Source: Dehalococcoidia bacterium (GTDB taxonomy: Bacteria > Chloroflexota > Dehalococcoidia > Lucifugimonadales > UBA2985). From it: 64,000 bases of DNA. The translations under genes were made by a program, and so were the position numbers. The first letter of the stretch is position 1. Each line of letters starts with the position of its first letter. A model generated the notes under the pieces. It had not been told where the DNA came from, ran no database searches, and was given only the letters and a program-made list of their open reading frames with translations. The stretch is from contig OZ242025.1 in NCBI GenBank assembly GCA_965204895.1, positions 1,473,621 through 1,537,620 of the forward strand, read 5' to 3'. Shown piece after piece: positions 44,239-53,371 of the stretch.

Positions 44239-45474
44239 GTGAAGGCGGACATCATCGCCATTGGCACCGAGCTTCTCATGGGAGAGCTGGTGGACACCAA
44301 CTCCGCCTACCTCGCGGCCCAGCTTCCGGCCATGGGCATTGAGCTTCAGGGCATCAGCGCCGCCAGGGACGACCTGGACGTTCTGGTCGATGTCTTCCGC
44401 CGCGTGCAGCAGCGCTCGGACCTCATCCTGACCATCGGCGGCCTCGGCCCCACGGACGACGATCTCACGCGGGAGGCCATCGGACGGCTTCTTGGCGAGA
44501 CGCTCCACACGGACCCGGCTGCCCTGGCGCACCTGGAGGAGACCTTCCGGCAGAGGGGCATGGCTATGGTCTCGGCCAACGTGAAGCAGGCCAACATCAT
44601 CCCGTCAGGGCAGATTGTCCACAACGCTATGGGTACCGCCCCCGGCTGGTGGGTGGAGAAGGACGGCAAGATTATCGTGTCCATGCCCGGCCCGCCCTTT
44701 GAGCTTCAGCGCATGTGGGAGGTGGAGGTGCAGCCGCGTCTCAGGCTCCTGGCGACCGGCCCCATCATCAAGACCCGCTCACTAAAGACCTACGGCCTGG
44801 GGGAGTCGGCCATCAACGAGATGATCGCGCCCCTGTTCCATCTGCCGGACGCCGAGCTTGGCATGTACGCCCAGTGGCAGGGCGTCCAGATCCGGATTCG
44901 TGTACGGGCGCACAGCGACGAGGAAGCAGAGAGGCTGATTCAGCCCGTGGAGCAGGAGCTTAGAAACCGCCTTGGAGACAACATCTGGGGCATCGACGAC
45001 CAGGTCATGGAGGAGCAGGTGGGCGAGGAGCTGCGTAGTCGCGGCCTAACCCTTGCGACTATGGAGTCCTGCACAGGCGGTTTCCTGGCCCACACCATCA
45101 CACAGGCGCCGGGCAGCTCAGCCTACTTCCGCGGCGGCATAGTGTCCTACACCAACGAGGTCAAGGCGGCCTGGGGCGTAGACCCGGCCCTGATACGCGA
45201 GCACGGCGCAGTCAGCCCCCAGGTGGCCGAGGACATGGCCCGGGCCTGCCGGGAGCGGCTGGGCGCTGACCTGGGAATAGGCATCACCGGCGTGGCCGGC
45301 CCGGACGAGCTTGAGGGTCAGCCGGTGGGCACGGTGCACATAGGGCTGGCGTCAAAAGACGGTGTCCTGTCCCACAGCCGCCGCTATCCGCCTCAGAGGC
45401 CGCTGGTCAAGCAGAGGGCGGCAGTCCAGGCACTTATGGAGCTGTGGAACCTTATCCGGCGTATGAGCGGCTAA
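44239..45474 (+). CDS. cinA: CinA family protein (competence/damage-inducible; MoCF-like domain + nicotinamide-nucleotide amidohydrolase PncC domain)
   Basis: MKADIIAIGTELLMGELVDTNSAYLA...ILTIGGLGPTDDDLTREA...; C-terminal ESCTGGFLAH...GITGVAGP. Confidence 0.9.
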   Translation: MKADIIAIGTELLMGELVDTNSAYLAAQLPAMGIELQGISAARDDLDVLVDVFRRVQQRSDLILTIGGLGPTDDDLTREAIGRLLGETLHTDPAALAHLEETFRQRGMAMVSANVKQANIIPSGQIVHNAMGTAPGWWVEKDGKIIVSMPGPPFELQRMWEVEVQPRLRLLATGPIIKTRSLKTYGLGESAINEMIAPLFHLPDAELGMYAQWQGVQIRIRVRAHSDEEAERLIQPVEQELRNRLGDNIWGIDDQVMEEQVGEELRSRGLTLATMESCTGGFLAHTITQAPGSSAYFRGGIVSYTNEVKAAWGVDPALIREHGAVSPQVAEDMARACRERLGADLGIGITGVAGPDELEGQPVGTVHIGLASKDGVLSHSRRYPPQRPLVKQRAAVQALMELWNLIRRMSG

Positions 45475-45495
45475 CGCTAGTCACCCAACTTCTTG

Positions 45496-45589
45496 CCCGC
45501 TCATCCTGAGCCTGTCGAAGGAAATGAGCGGGTCAACCATAGACACAACAAACCCGCTCATGGTGAGCTTGTCGAACCATTTGAGCGGG
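45496..45589. repeat. Two tandem REP-like family B units (CCCGCTCAT-CCTGAGCCTGTCGAAGGAA-ATGAGCGGG and CCCGCTCA-TGGTGAGCTTGTCGAACCATT-TGAGCGGG)
   Basis: 45496-45532 and 45553-45589, between the convergent cinA and the vWA gene. Confidence 0.75.
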
Positions 45590-45597
45590 TTTGTATT

Positions 45598-48500
45598 CTA
45601 AATCGTCAGGCTGCGGTACAGCGTAGGCAGGCGCTTGGGCAGAGCGTGAATGTCCGCCAGCACTTCGTAGCCCATGTCCTGGCACATCGCCCGCAGGTAG
45701 TCGTGGCCCTCCTTGTCCACCGTAAGGCAGAAGGGGATGATGCCCTTCTGGCGGGCCTCTGTCAGGGCCAGCCGGGTGTCGTGGATGGCGTACTCCTTCT
45801 CCACGCCCTCTCTGCTGTAGCCTCGGTCCTGGGGCCTTCCGTCGCTGATGAGGAAGAAGAACTTGGTGCGCGCCTCCTGCTTCTCCAGCTTGGTGGTGGT
45901 GTGGCGAATGGCCGGCCCCATGCGAGTGGCCTGCAGGGGCGAAACCTTGTCGATTCTCCGCTTGACCCTCTCCGACAACGCCTCGTTGATGTCCTTGATG
46001 ACGAAGAAGTCCACGTTCTCCCGGCCGTAGCCTGAGAAGCCGTAGATGCCGTAGGTGTCGCCGATGGTCTCCAGGGCGTGGATGAGGAGAACTACGCTCT
46101 CCTTCTCCAGGTCCACAATGCGCTTGTAGCTGCGACGCACCCCCTCCCCGCGGCGGCTGCGCAGCCAGAACATGTACTCCAGTGGGTCGTCCGGGGCGTC
46201 CCACTCGTCCGCCAGGCGTCGGGACTCGTCTATGGCTTCGGCGGTAGAGGCGCTCATGTCCAGGAGGAAGGCCACGGCCACGTCTCGCATCACCTTATTG
46301 CGCCGCGTGTACACCTTCTCGGACGGTGACGTGCCGGACTTCTTGTCAACCATCGCCTCTATGACTGCGTCAAGCTCAAACTCGTCTCCATCCTGCTGCC
46401 GCTTTATCTTGCGGAATCCCTGGGGCACCACCATCTCAAACTGCCGCTTTATCTGCGACGCCAGGAGTGAATAGCCCTCAAGGGTGGTGTTGAAGAACGT
46501 CCCGTCCCCCTCCGCCATCTCCTTCTCCCTGAGCAGGCACCAGCGCGGGCGATAGTCCGACATGCGGTAGTCCCACTCGTCGTAGAGGAAGGACTGCGGC
46601 TCCTTGACCTCCAGGGGCCCGCCGCGCTCCTCCTCGTCAAAGACCGGGTCGTAGGGGAAGTTTATCTGCTTCACCGCGCCTTCGGGAGAGCCCTTGGAGC
46701 CAATCTCCACCACGGTGTCAGGGGCGAACATCCCGCCCTCCTGGATGTCTCCCGTCTCAGCCAGTACGGACTGGTTCTGAAGGTCCGCCAGCAGCTGCTC
46801 CATCTCCTCCGGGGTCATGGACTCGCCCTTTGCGCCCCTCTCGTTCTGGGCGTCCCTAATGAGCGAAATGAGCTGCATAAGCTCCGGCTTGAAGTCTCCC
46901 CGGTAGTCCACAGACGGAGGCGACTGGTACGACTGGCCCTCCGCGTCCGGGTCCGGGGGCTGAAGGTCCATGAGCCTCTTCATGATCTCATCCATCTTGT
47001 CGTCGCCCCACTCGGAGTCCGACTCGGACTGGTCGTCCTGGAAGTCGTTGGTGTCAAGGACGTCCCAGTCGCCTTCGGCTATCTCCTCGTTGGGTATCTG
47101 GGAGATGAGGTCGTAGAGCCTGATGGTGGCCTCCGCGCTGTCCTCCACAGAGGTGCGTGGCTGCGACAGGGGCTGCACGATGTCCCACAGCACCTTGGCC
47201 CACTCTGAGTACCGCTCCGGGACGGAGAGGTCTTCCACCTGCAGGAGGCTGAACCTTATCAGAAGCTCCACCAGGGACTCCCGCGCCCGTAGCTCCTCCA
47301 CGGCGGGGCGTTCCGAGAGCGCCTGGTCCTGCACTTTCCTGTAGGCGCGGCGTATGCCCTTGTACTCGTTCAGCACGCGATGGTCGACGCGGCAGGCCTC
47401 CACGGCGGTGAAAATGTCTCTTGCCAGGATGCCATCCTCGAACAGGGAGAAGAAACGATGCAGGTCTGGCAGCTCCAGGGCCTGAAGGTCACCGTCGCCG
47501 TCGCCTGCCCAGGACACTGCTTCGCCGCCCGCATCCTCAAGCAGCCTGGACTTCTGGTCTGAGAACACCGCGGCCGGCCTGTCGAATGAGAACTCGAAGC
47601 TCTCGAACTCCAGGTGGGAGACCTGGTGCGTAGCCACAACCTTGTACCAGTCAAAGTTCTCGTCCTTGTTGCCAAACCGCTCGGAGACGTTGGGCAGATA
47701 TATGGTGGCGCCCTCCGCCATCATCTTCTCCAGCGCCACCCAGCCGCGGTTCTGAGCCGACTCCTCGCTGCTGGCGACGGCTATCTCCACGTCCACAGCC
47801 GAGAGGGCGCGGCAGTACATTCGGATGACCTCTTTGACGCGGCTCAACTCCACGCCCATTGAGAGCTTCTCCAGTATCTCCTCAGAGCGGGCGGACTCGC
47901 CCCTGAAGAAGGCCGCGCCCCCCTCGGAGTTCTCCATAAGGATGCTCACTCCTGAGTCGTACCACGCCTCAAGCTGGTTGACGCTGACGTGCTGGAGGAT
48001 GTGAGGAACGCCCTTGATGAAGTCCGGCACAACCCTTGGGTCCACCTTGGCCAGGGCCTCTGCCAGGTTCAGTACGTGTACGTGTACATACCCCTCAATC
48101 CGGCCCAGGGCCCCCGACCCTTCCTGCAGGAACACGGGTATGTCTATGTCGCTTCCCTCGGCCACCTCCCCCGCAAGGGCAAGGAACCGGGCGCGCTCCA
48201 CCCTCTCTATTCTGGCAAGAGCGCCCTGTACCACCTGGAGGGAACCGCTGGCCTGCTGCCAGTCGCCCTTGACCAGCGTGGAGATGAGGGACAGGCAGGC
48301 CCTTGTGTCTTCCCTGAGCGACGGCAGTACGTCCCTGGACAGGCCGAGGAAGTTGATGGCCTCATCTGCGGACTTCTCCGCAACGGACTCCACCAGGAGC
48401 ACCAGGTGCTGGAACTCGCTGAAGGAGAGGACGCTGAGCAGGTCGCCGCTGGACTCGAAGAATTTGGCGCACAGCGCCGCCGACCGCCTTCCGCCGCCGT

Positions 48501-48876
48501 ACAGCTTTCTGCCTATCTGTGCCCACTCCGGCACGTCCCAGGGCTTGAGGGATTTCGCCACCTCCGGGCCAACCCTGAAGTAGGTCCCCGCTATGACCGG
48601 GGACTCCTCCGACAGCGCGCCGCCCCAGTAGACCCACTGCTGGAAGTGGTTGAAGGGCAGGGCGCGAACCATGTCGGGGCTAACCCTGAAGTACTCCCTG
48701 GCCGCCTCCCAGGAGCGCCCGGCGCGCCTGGCTATGGCAAGCCCGGAGTCGGCCCAGGCCCTGAACTCCTCCTCACTGGTCAGGACGCCTGCTACAGCCT
48801 CCCTGGCCTCTCGGAAGGCCGCTATAAGCTCGCTGGGAAATGTCTGGATGTCCTCTTCGTACGTTGGAAATGTCAC
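45598..48876 (-). CDS. Large vWA-domain protein, NorD/CbbO-like partner of the CbbQ/NorQ ATPase (1092 aa)
   Basis: C-terminal vWA with MIDAS residues (AFLLDMSASTAE ... FLISDGRPQDRGY ... CLTVD). The middle region (DENFDWYKVVATHQVSHLEFESFEF) is typical of COG4548 NorD-type proteins. The long N-terminal region is unassigned. Confidence 0.75.
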   Translation of the reverse strand: MTFPTYEEDIQTFPSELIAAFREAREAVAGVLTSEEEFRAWADSGLAIARRAGRSWEAAREYFRVSPDMVRALPFNHFQQWVYWGGALSEESPVIAGTYFRVGPEVAKSLKPWDVPEWAQIGRKLYGGGRRSAALCAKFFESSGDLLSVLSFSEFQHLVLLVESVAEKSADEAINFLGLSRDVLPSLREDTRACLSLISTLVKGDWQQASGSLQVVQGALARIERVERARFLALAGEVAEGSDIDIPVFLQEGSGALGRIEGYVHVHVLNLAEALAKVDPRVVPDFIKGVPHILQHVSVNQLEAWYDSGVSILMENSEGGAAFFRGESARSEEILEKLSMGVELSRVKEVIRMYCRALSAVDVEIAVASSEESAQNRGWVALEKMMAEGATIYLPNVSERFGNKDENFDWYKVVATHQVSHLEFESFEFSFDRPAAVFSDQKSRLLEDAGGEAVSWAGDGDGDLQALELPDLHRFFSLFEDGILARDIFTAVEACRVDHRVLNEYKGIRRAYRKVQDQALSERPAVEELRARESLVELLIRFSLLQVEDLSVPERYSEWAKVLWDIVQPLSQPRTSVEDSAEATIRLYDLISQIPNEEIAEGDWDVLDTNDFQDDQSESDSEWGDDKMDEIMKRLMDLQPPDPDAEGQSYQSPPSVDYRGDFKPELMQLISLIRDAQNERGAKGESMTPEEMEQLLADLQNQSVLAETGDIQEGGMFAPDTVVEIGSKGSPEGAVKQINFPYDPVFDEEERGGPLEVKEPQSFLYDEWDYRMSDYRPRWCLLREKEMAEGDGTFFNTTLEGYSLLASQIKRQFEMVVPQGFRKIKRQQDGDEFELDAVIEAMVDKKSGTSPSEKVYTRRNKVMRDVAVAFLLDMSASTAEAIDESRRLADEWDAPDDPLEYMFWLRSRRGEGVRRSYKRIVDLEKESVVLLIHALETIGDTYGIYGFSGYGRENVDFFVIKDINEALSERVKRRIDKVSPLQATRMGPAIRHTTTKLEKQEARTKFFFLISDGRPQDRGYSREGVEKEYAIHDTRLALTEARQKGIIPFCLTVDKEGHDYLRAMCQDMGYEVLADIHALPKRLPTLYRSLTI

Positions 48877-48883
48877 AGTTCAC

Positions 48884-49384
48884 CTACCGCAAACCCGGGG
48901 CTACAAGCCCCAGAAACTGGGTCAAAATTCTGGCCGTGGCGCCCCATACAAGGTGCTCTCCATAGGAATAAGCGTACTCTATGCTCATGCCGCCGTCTCT
49001 AACGCTCACATTCTCCCGCAGGTTGGCCGGGTCCAGAAGCCCCGACAGGGGGACCTCCAGAATCTCCGCCACCTCTATGTTGCTGGAGGCGAAGGGGTAG
49101 GACGCCGGAATAGTGCCGACAAAGGGCGTAATGGCGAAACCGCTCCTGGTCGACACCTGGTCAAGCTGCCGGATCACCTCCACGTCCACCCGCTTGATAC
49201 CCATCTCCTCTTCAGTCTCCCGGAGGGCCGTGTCCAGAATGGTGGCGTCCTCCGGGTCGCGGGCGCCGCCGGGGAATGATATCTCCCCCTTGTGGTGCTC
49301 CACGCGGTTGGTGCGCTTGTTCAGCAGAACGTTAAGCTCCCCCTGCTTGGGGTAAAGCAGCACCAGCACGCCCGCGGAGGTCAA
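48884..49384 (-). CDS. NUDIX hydrolase, CoA-pyrophosphatase-like
   Basis: Nudix box GEISFPGGARDPEDATILDTALRETEEEMGI and upstream LLNKRTNRVEHHKG (the NuCoA-type motif region). TTG start at 49384. The upstream in-frame region is open to 49510 with no canonical start. Confidence 0.8.
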   Translation of the reverse strand: MTSAGVLVLLYPKQGELNVLLNKRTNRVEHHKGEISFPGGARDPEDATILDTALRETEEEMGIKRVDVEVIRQLDQVSTRSGFAITPFVGTIPASYPFASSNIEVAEILEVPLSGLLDPANLRENVSVRDGGMSIEYAYSYGEHLVWGATARILTQFLGLVAPGLR

Positions 49385-49506
49385 GCCATGATCGTCGGCA
49401 TAGTAGGCTGTGCCGGCTTGGCTCAGTGACTCCTTAATGGAATCTATAGCCAGTTCTAGCTTGTTGATAACGATCTCCTGGCCTGACGGCTTTTGGTTCG
49501 ACCCGT

Positions 49507-50400
49507 CTACTCAAAGATGGAGTAGACCACCTCATCCACGCTGCGCTGCACCTGCTGGTCGTCCGTGAGCGCCCACGTGACGGCGACCTGGCACGCCCGC
49601 CGGGGGGCGATGCCCATGGCTATCAGCTTCCCGGCGTAGATCAGCAGCCTGGTGCCCACGCCCTCCTGCAGGCCGTGGTCCTTCAGGTTGCGCGCCTTCT
49701 CGCCCAGCTTGGCAAGGGCCACGGACATCTCCTCCGAAACCCCGCTCTCGTGCTGGACTATCTTGGCCTCAAGGTCAGCCGGGGGGTGGGTAAGCTCCAG
49801 GGCCATGAACCTCTGCCGCGTGCTGTGCTTCAGGTCCTTGAGCGCGCTCTGGTAGCCGGGGTTGTAGGACACAACCAGCTGGAAGCCGTCATGCGCCTCC
49901 AGCACCTCGCCGCGCTTGTCGATGGGAAGAATCCTGCGGTGGTCGGTCAGCGGGTGGATGAGCACCGTGGTGTCCTTGCGGGCCTCAACTATCTCGTCCA
50001 GGTAGCAGATGGCTCCGGCCTTCACCGCGCGGGCCAGCGGCCCGTCGACCCATCGCGTCTCGTCCCCCTCCAGGAGGTAGCGGCCCACAAGGTCGCTGGC
50101 GGTGAGGTCCTCGTGGCAGGCGATGGTCATCAGGGGTATGCCCTGCTGCTCGTCCTCGCCGTCTTTCTTGGGGGTCACCTTGGTCAGGGGCCGTCCCAGT
50201 CGATACGACATGTACTCCACAAAGCGGGTCTTGCCCGTCCCGGTGGGGCCCTTCAGCAGCACCGGCAGGTTCTGGCGATACGCCACCTCAAAGAGCTCTA
50301 TCTCGTCGGACACCGGGATGTAAAAGGGCTCTTCCCTTATGACGTATTCCTCTACCAGATAGGACGTGTAGTTCTCTTGTACAGCCATTTTACCCCCCAA
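49507..50400 (-). CDS. CbbQ/NirQ/NorQ/GpvN-family AAA+ (MoxR-class) ATPase
   Basis: Walker [18 protein letters not shown], Walker [11 protein letters not shown], plus ...[11 protein letters not shown].... The start may be ATG 50388. Confidence 0.88.
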   Translation of the reverse strand: MGGKMAVQENYTSYLVEEYVIREEPFYIPVSDEIELFEVAYRQNLPVLLKGPTGTGKTRFVEYMSYRLGRPLTKVTPKKDGEDEQQGIPLMTIACHEDLTASDLVGRYLLEGDETRWVDGPLARAVKAGAICYLDEIVEARKDTTVLIHPLTDHRRILPIDKRGEVLEAHDGFQLVVSYNPGYQSALKDLKHSTRQRFMALELTHPPADLEAKIVQHESGVSEEMSVALAKLGEKARNLKDHGLQEGVGTRLLIYAGKLIAMGIAPRRACQVAVTWALTDDQQVQRSVDEVVYSIFE

Positions 50401-51004
50401 CCAGGCCTTTACTGACCAGTCGATTTTGCCACAGCTCTTTCACTTTGTTTGTAAGGTCCTCTATGTCCCCGTCGTTCTCCACGACGGCGTGGGCGTGCTT
50501 CACACGCTCCTCGGTGGACATCTGGGAATCTATGCGGGAGCGTATCTGCTCCTCAGGCAGGTTGTTCCGGGCCTGCACCCTCTGGATGACCTGCTCCACA
50601 GGCGCAGATGTCACCCAAACCTCGTCGCTAAGGTCGGTCCAACCGGCCTCTATCATGATGGCGGCGTCCATCACAACCACCTGAGCGCCGGCCTCCTGGT
50701 TCTCCTTGATGCCGTCCGCCAGCATCTGCTTTATCTTGGGCCATGCAATGCCGTTCAGCTTCTCCAGAGCCTCCGGATTGCCGAACACCTTGCCGCCCAG
50801 GGCGCGCCGGTCTATCTCTCCGTTTTCGCCCACCACGTCCTCGCCAAAGGCCTCCACCACCTCGCGAAATCCGTCCGTGCCCGGAAGATAAACTGCGTGG
50901 CCCATCTGGTCAGCCGCCAGCACCACCGCTCCAAGCTCCTCCAGAATACGGGCCACCTCACTCTTCCCCGTGCCAATCCCTCCTGCCAGGCCAATTACTA
51001 CCAT
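50390..51004 (-). CDS. coaE: Dephospho-CoA kinase
   Basis: [33 protein letters not shown]... Confidence 0.92.
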   Translation of the reverse strand: MVVIGLAGGIGTGKSEVARILEELGAVVLAADQMGHAVYLPGTDGFREVVEAFGEDVVGENGEIDRRALGGKVFGNPEALEKLNGIAWPKIKQMLADGIKENQEAGAQVVVMDAAIMIEAGWTDLSDEVWVTSAPVEQVIQRVQARNNLPEEQIRSRIDSQMSTEERVKHAHAVVENDGDIEDLTNKVKELWQNRLVSKGLVGG

Positions 51005-51142
51005 AGCTCCCCCATTCTTATCGCGTAAAGAGGATTGTATAATACAACCCCTTGTCGGTCAAGGAAAAACGACTTGTAAAGCGTTCGATTACAGGCGAAA
51101 TCGACCACGCCCTAATCGATTTGGCGCTACTTTGGAAACAGC

Positions 51143-52129
51143 ATGAACCCTCAGCAGCTCGCCCTACTGGTCAAGGCCCACTTTGAACGCCTTGCGCCGC
51201 GCTACGGGCTGCAGGGCAGGGACGTGGCCGTCGAGTACAGATACTACGGCGGAAGCCTTCACCGGCGCCACTTCACCATCTCCGAAGGCGCGTCCGCCTT
51301 CCACCTGAAGCTGGCGGACGCCCCGGACCACCTGGCCAAGCTGCGCAAGTGGCACAGCCTGAGCCAGATGCTTGACGGAAGTCATCGCGCGCCCCGAGTC
51401 GTAGACTGGATAGACGTGCCGGGGACGGATTTCAGCGGCCTCCTGTGTGAGCGCGTTAACGGACGCGTCTGGGACGTTGGCACGCGGCCCGACCTGGCTC
51501 CCGAGGTGATTGACCTGGTCCACCGGCTGCACGAGGATGAAGAGCTGCAGAAGGAGCTCTGGCCATTCTCCCCGGCTGGCTCCTGCAGGGACTATTTCAA
51601 TGGGGTGTGGAGGCGGAGGATAAGAAGGGACCTGACAATGGTGGAGACCCAGCGCCCCGAATTCGTGTCAAGTGAAGCGCTTCAATGGATGCGAGAGGAG
51701 AGTCTCGTAATCGAACGCGCCGTCAACGAACTGGAGGCGTTCTCGGAAAGCGCAGCATCGGCGGTTCACGGAGACCTGTGGCGGGGCAACATCCTGGTCG
51801 CGGACGACGGCCGGTTGCGCATTATCGACTGGGACGACCTGGCCCTTGGAGACCCCGCCCTGGAGTTCGCCGTCCTCCTGGAGCCCATAATGGAGCTGGA
51901 CCCCAAAGCATCCCTCGAAGACCTGCTGCAACGCCGGCCGGACGCAGGGTTCATCCAGCGTTTCGAGATGTGCCTGCGCGCCCAGCGGCTGTACGCCCCC
52001 ATTGAGGCCGCGGCGGAGTACATTGAAGCTGAGGCGTTGGAAGAGTGGGCGGATGCAATCAGGATGGAGAGGAAGGCGCGGTACCCGGAGGCGCTGAGGG
52101 CTTACAGGCGCAGGTACGGGGAGGGATAA
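51143..52129 (+). CDS. Aminoglycoside/choline-kinase-like phosphotransferase (APH family)
   Basis: Catalytic-loop-like VHGDLWRGNILV and IIDWDDLALGDP. Confidence 0.75.
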   Translation: MNPQQLALLVKAHFERLAPRYGLQGRDVAVEYRYYGGSLHRRHFTISEGASAFHLKLADAPDHLAKLRKWHSLSQMLDGSHRAPRVVDWIDVPGTDFSGLLCERVNGRVWDVGTRPDLAPEVIDLVHRLHEDEELQKELWPFSPAGSCRDYFNGVWRRRIRRDLTMVETQRPEFVSSEALQWMREESLVIERAVNELEAFSESAASAVHGDLWRGNILVADDGRLRIIDWDDLALGDPALEFAVLLEPIMELDPKASLEDLLQRRPDAGFIQRFEMCLRAQRLYAPIEAAAEYIEAEALEEWADAIRMERKARYPEALRAYRRRYGEG

Positions 52130-52210
52130 ACGCGCCGGCCAATGCGCGCCTCTGTCACCACGCCCAACTTCTCCCGTGGAGCGCACTCCCGGCCCAAGCC
52201 GACGGGGGCG

Positions 52211-52576
52211 CTATATCGGTCTCATGCGCACCGGCCTGGGGACAAGCTCGCCCAGCACGGGGTCTACCATCAGGTCGAATATCTCCAGCGTGGTTGCGCC
52301 GACCAGGAACCGGTTCTCATCGGGGCCAAAGACGACCGGACACGTCCACTCCTGGCCGTTCAAAGATATGCGCGCCTCCCCAATGTCCAACTCCACTCGC
52401 CTGCCGTCGGCCAGGGAGAAATTTCTCTGCGCCTCCACCTCCACACCTATCTCCCTCAGTACCGAAGGTGGCAGCACTGTATCCGTCGCTCCCGTATCCA
52501 CCATCGCCACCACATCCACGCTCCCACCCCCGTTCTTGCTCCTGACCCTCATTGTAACCTCGAAGACGCCCATCAC
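52211..52576 (-). CDS. Retropepsin-like (clan AA) aspartic protease
   Basis: 121 aa with VVAMVDTGATDTVLP (DTGA active-site motif) and the size of a single retropepsin lobe. Confidence 0.75.
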   Translation of the reverse strand: MMGVFEVTMRVRSKNGGGSVDVVAMVDTGATDTVLPPSVLREIGVEVEAQRNFSLADGRRVELDIGEARISLNGQEWTCPVVFGPDENRFLVGATTLEIFDLMVDPVLGELVPRPVRMRPI

Positions 52577-52601
52577 TCACCTCGGGGACTGTCCTATAAT
52601 C

Positions 52602-52808
52602 TTAAAGCTGTCCATTCAGAGCGTTTCTAACGGCCTTCAACAACGCTGCATCGTCTTCATATTTTACCATAGTCTCTTTCTGCTTTCCGTCCTCGCTACG
52701 CTCTATGACGTAAGGAGCGTTTTGAGCACTCCCGCTCTTGATAGTCTGGGCAACGTAGATTACGTCATCACCCAGCCAGTTGAGCCGTGCTCCGCGTCGT
52801 TGTGTCAT
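52602..52808 (-). CDS. Small hypothetical protein (68 aa) immediately upstream of the retropepsin-like gene
   Basis: AAGGAG lies 9 nt before the ATG on the minus strand. There is a 25-nt gap to the protease gene. No family recognised. Confidence 0.5.
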   Translation of the reverse strand: MTQRRGARLNWLGDDVIYVAQTIKSGSAQNAPYVIERSEDGKQKETMVKYEDDAALLKAVRNALNGQL

Positions 52809-52943
52809 GTTCTGTAAACACTCCTTTCAAGTGTTCCTTGATTTGAGAGCGCACCCACTGGCTCCTATGCGGTAGAGTTTGGCCGTTTCGCCCAGCCCCT
52901 CGTGAGATCCCAAGAGAGGGTATATGCCGTCGGATGCTGCTTC

Positions 52944-53342
52944 TTATGGCATGCGCATCCCGTATCTACAGCTTTGAGTGCATTCATCGCCAATGGTCTG
53001 ACTCAAACGCCAACCTCTGTTGTGGGTGGCACAGTACACGCCGAAATCATCCAGAGTATGAATGTTGCCGACGCCGCGAGTTCCCTCAAACCCAAAGAAA
53101 TACTCTGGGACTCCGTTTAATCCGAAGTGAAAACATGGGTGGTGTCCAGTCGGATAGGTGACGCCCGTCAGGTCAAGTACCCTTATCACTTCTCTCGCTT
53201 GTTGCTCAATCTGGTCCTGCATGCCAGGCGCAAGCAGCATTGACACCACGACGGCCTTGTACCAGTCTGGATTCCTCGATCTTGTGCGGAACCCGATCGC
53301 AGTCAGGCGATTCCATATTTCTTGGACTCTACTGCGTTGCAT
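52944..53342 (-). CDS. Hypothetical protein (132 aa) directly downstream of the protease gene
   Basis: ATG 53342 (MQRSRVQEIWNRL...) avoids overlap with the protease 3' end (stop at 53372). AT-richer. No family recognised. Confidence 0.45.
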   Translation of the reverse strand: MQRSRVQEIWNRLTAIGFRTRSRNPDWYKAVVVSMLLAPGMQDQIEQQAREVIRVLDLTGVTYPTGHHPCFHFGLNGVPEYFFGFEGTRGVGNIHTLDDFGVYCATHNRGWRLSQTIGDECTQSCRYGMRMP

Positions 53343-53371
53343 GGTTCCTGCTCCTTTCAGCTCCTTCCGGG

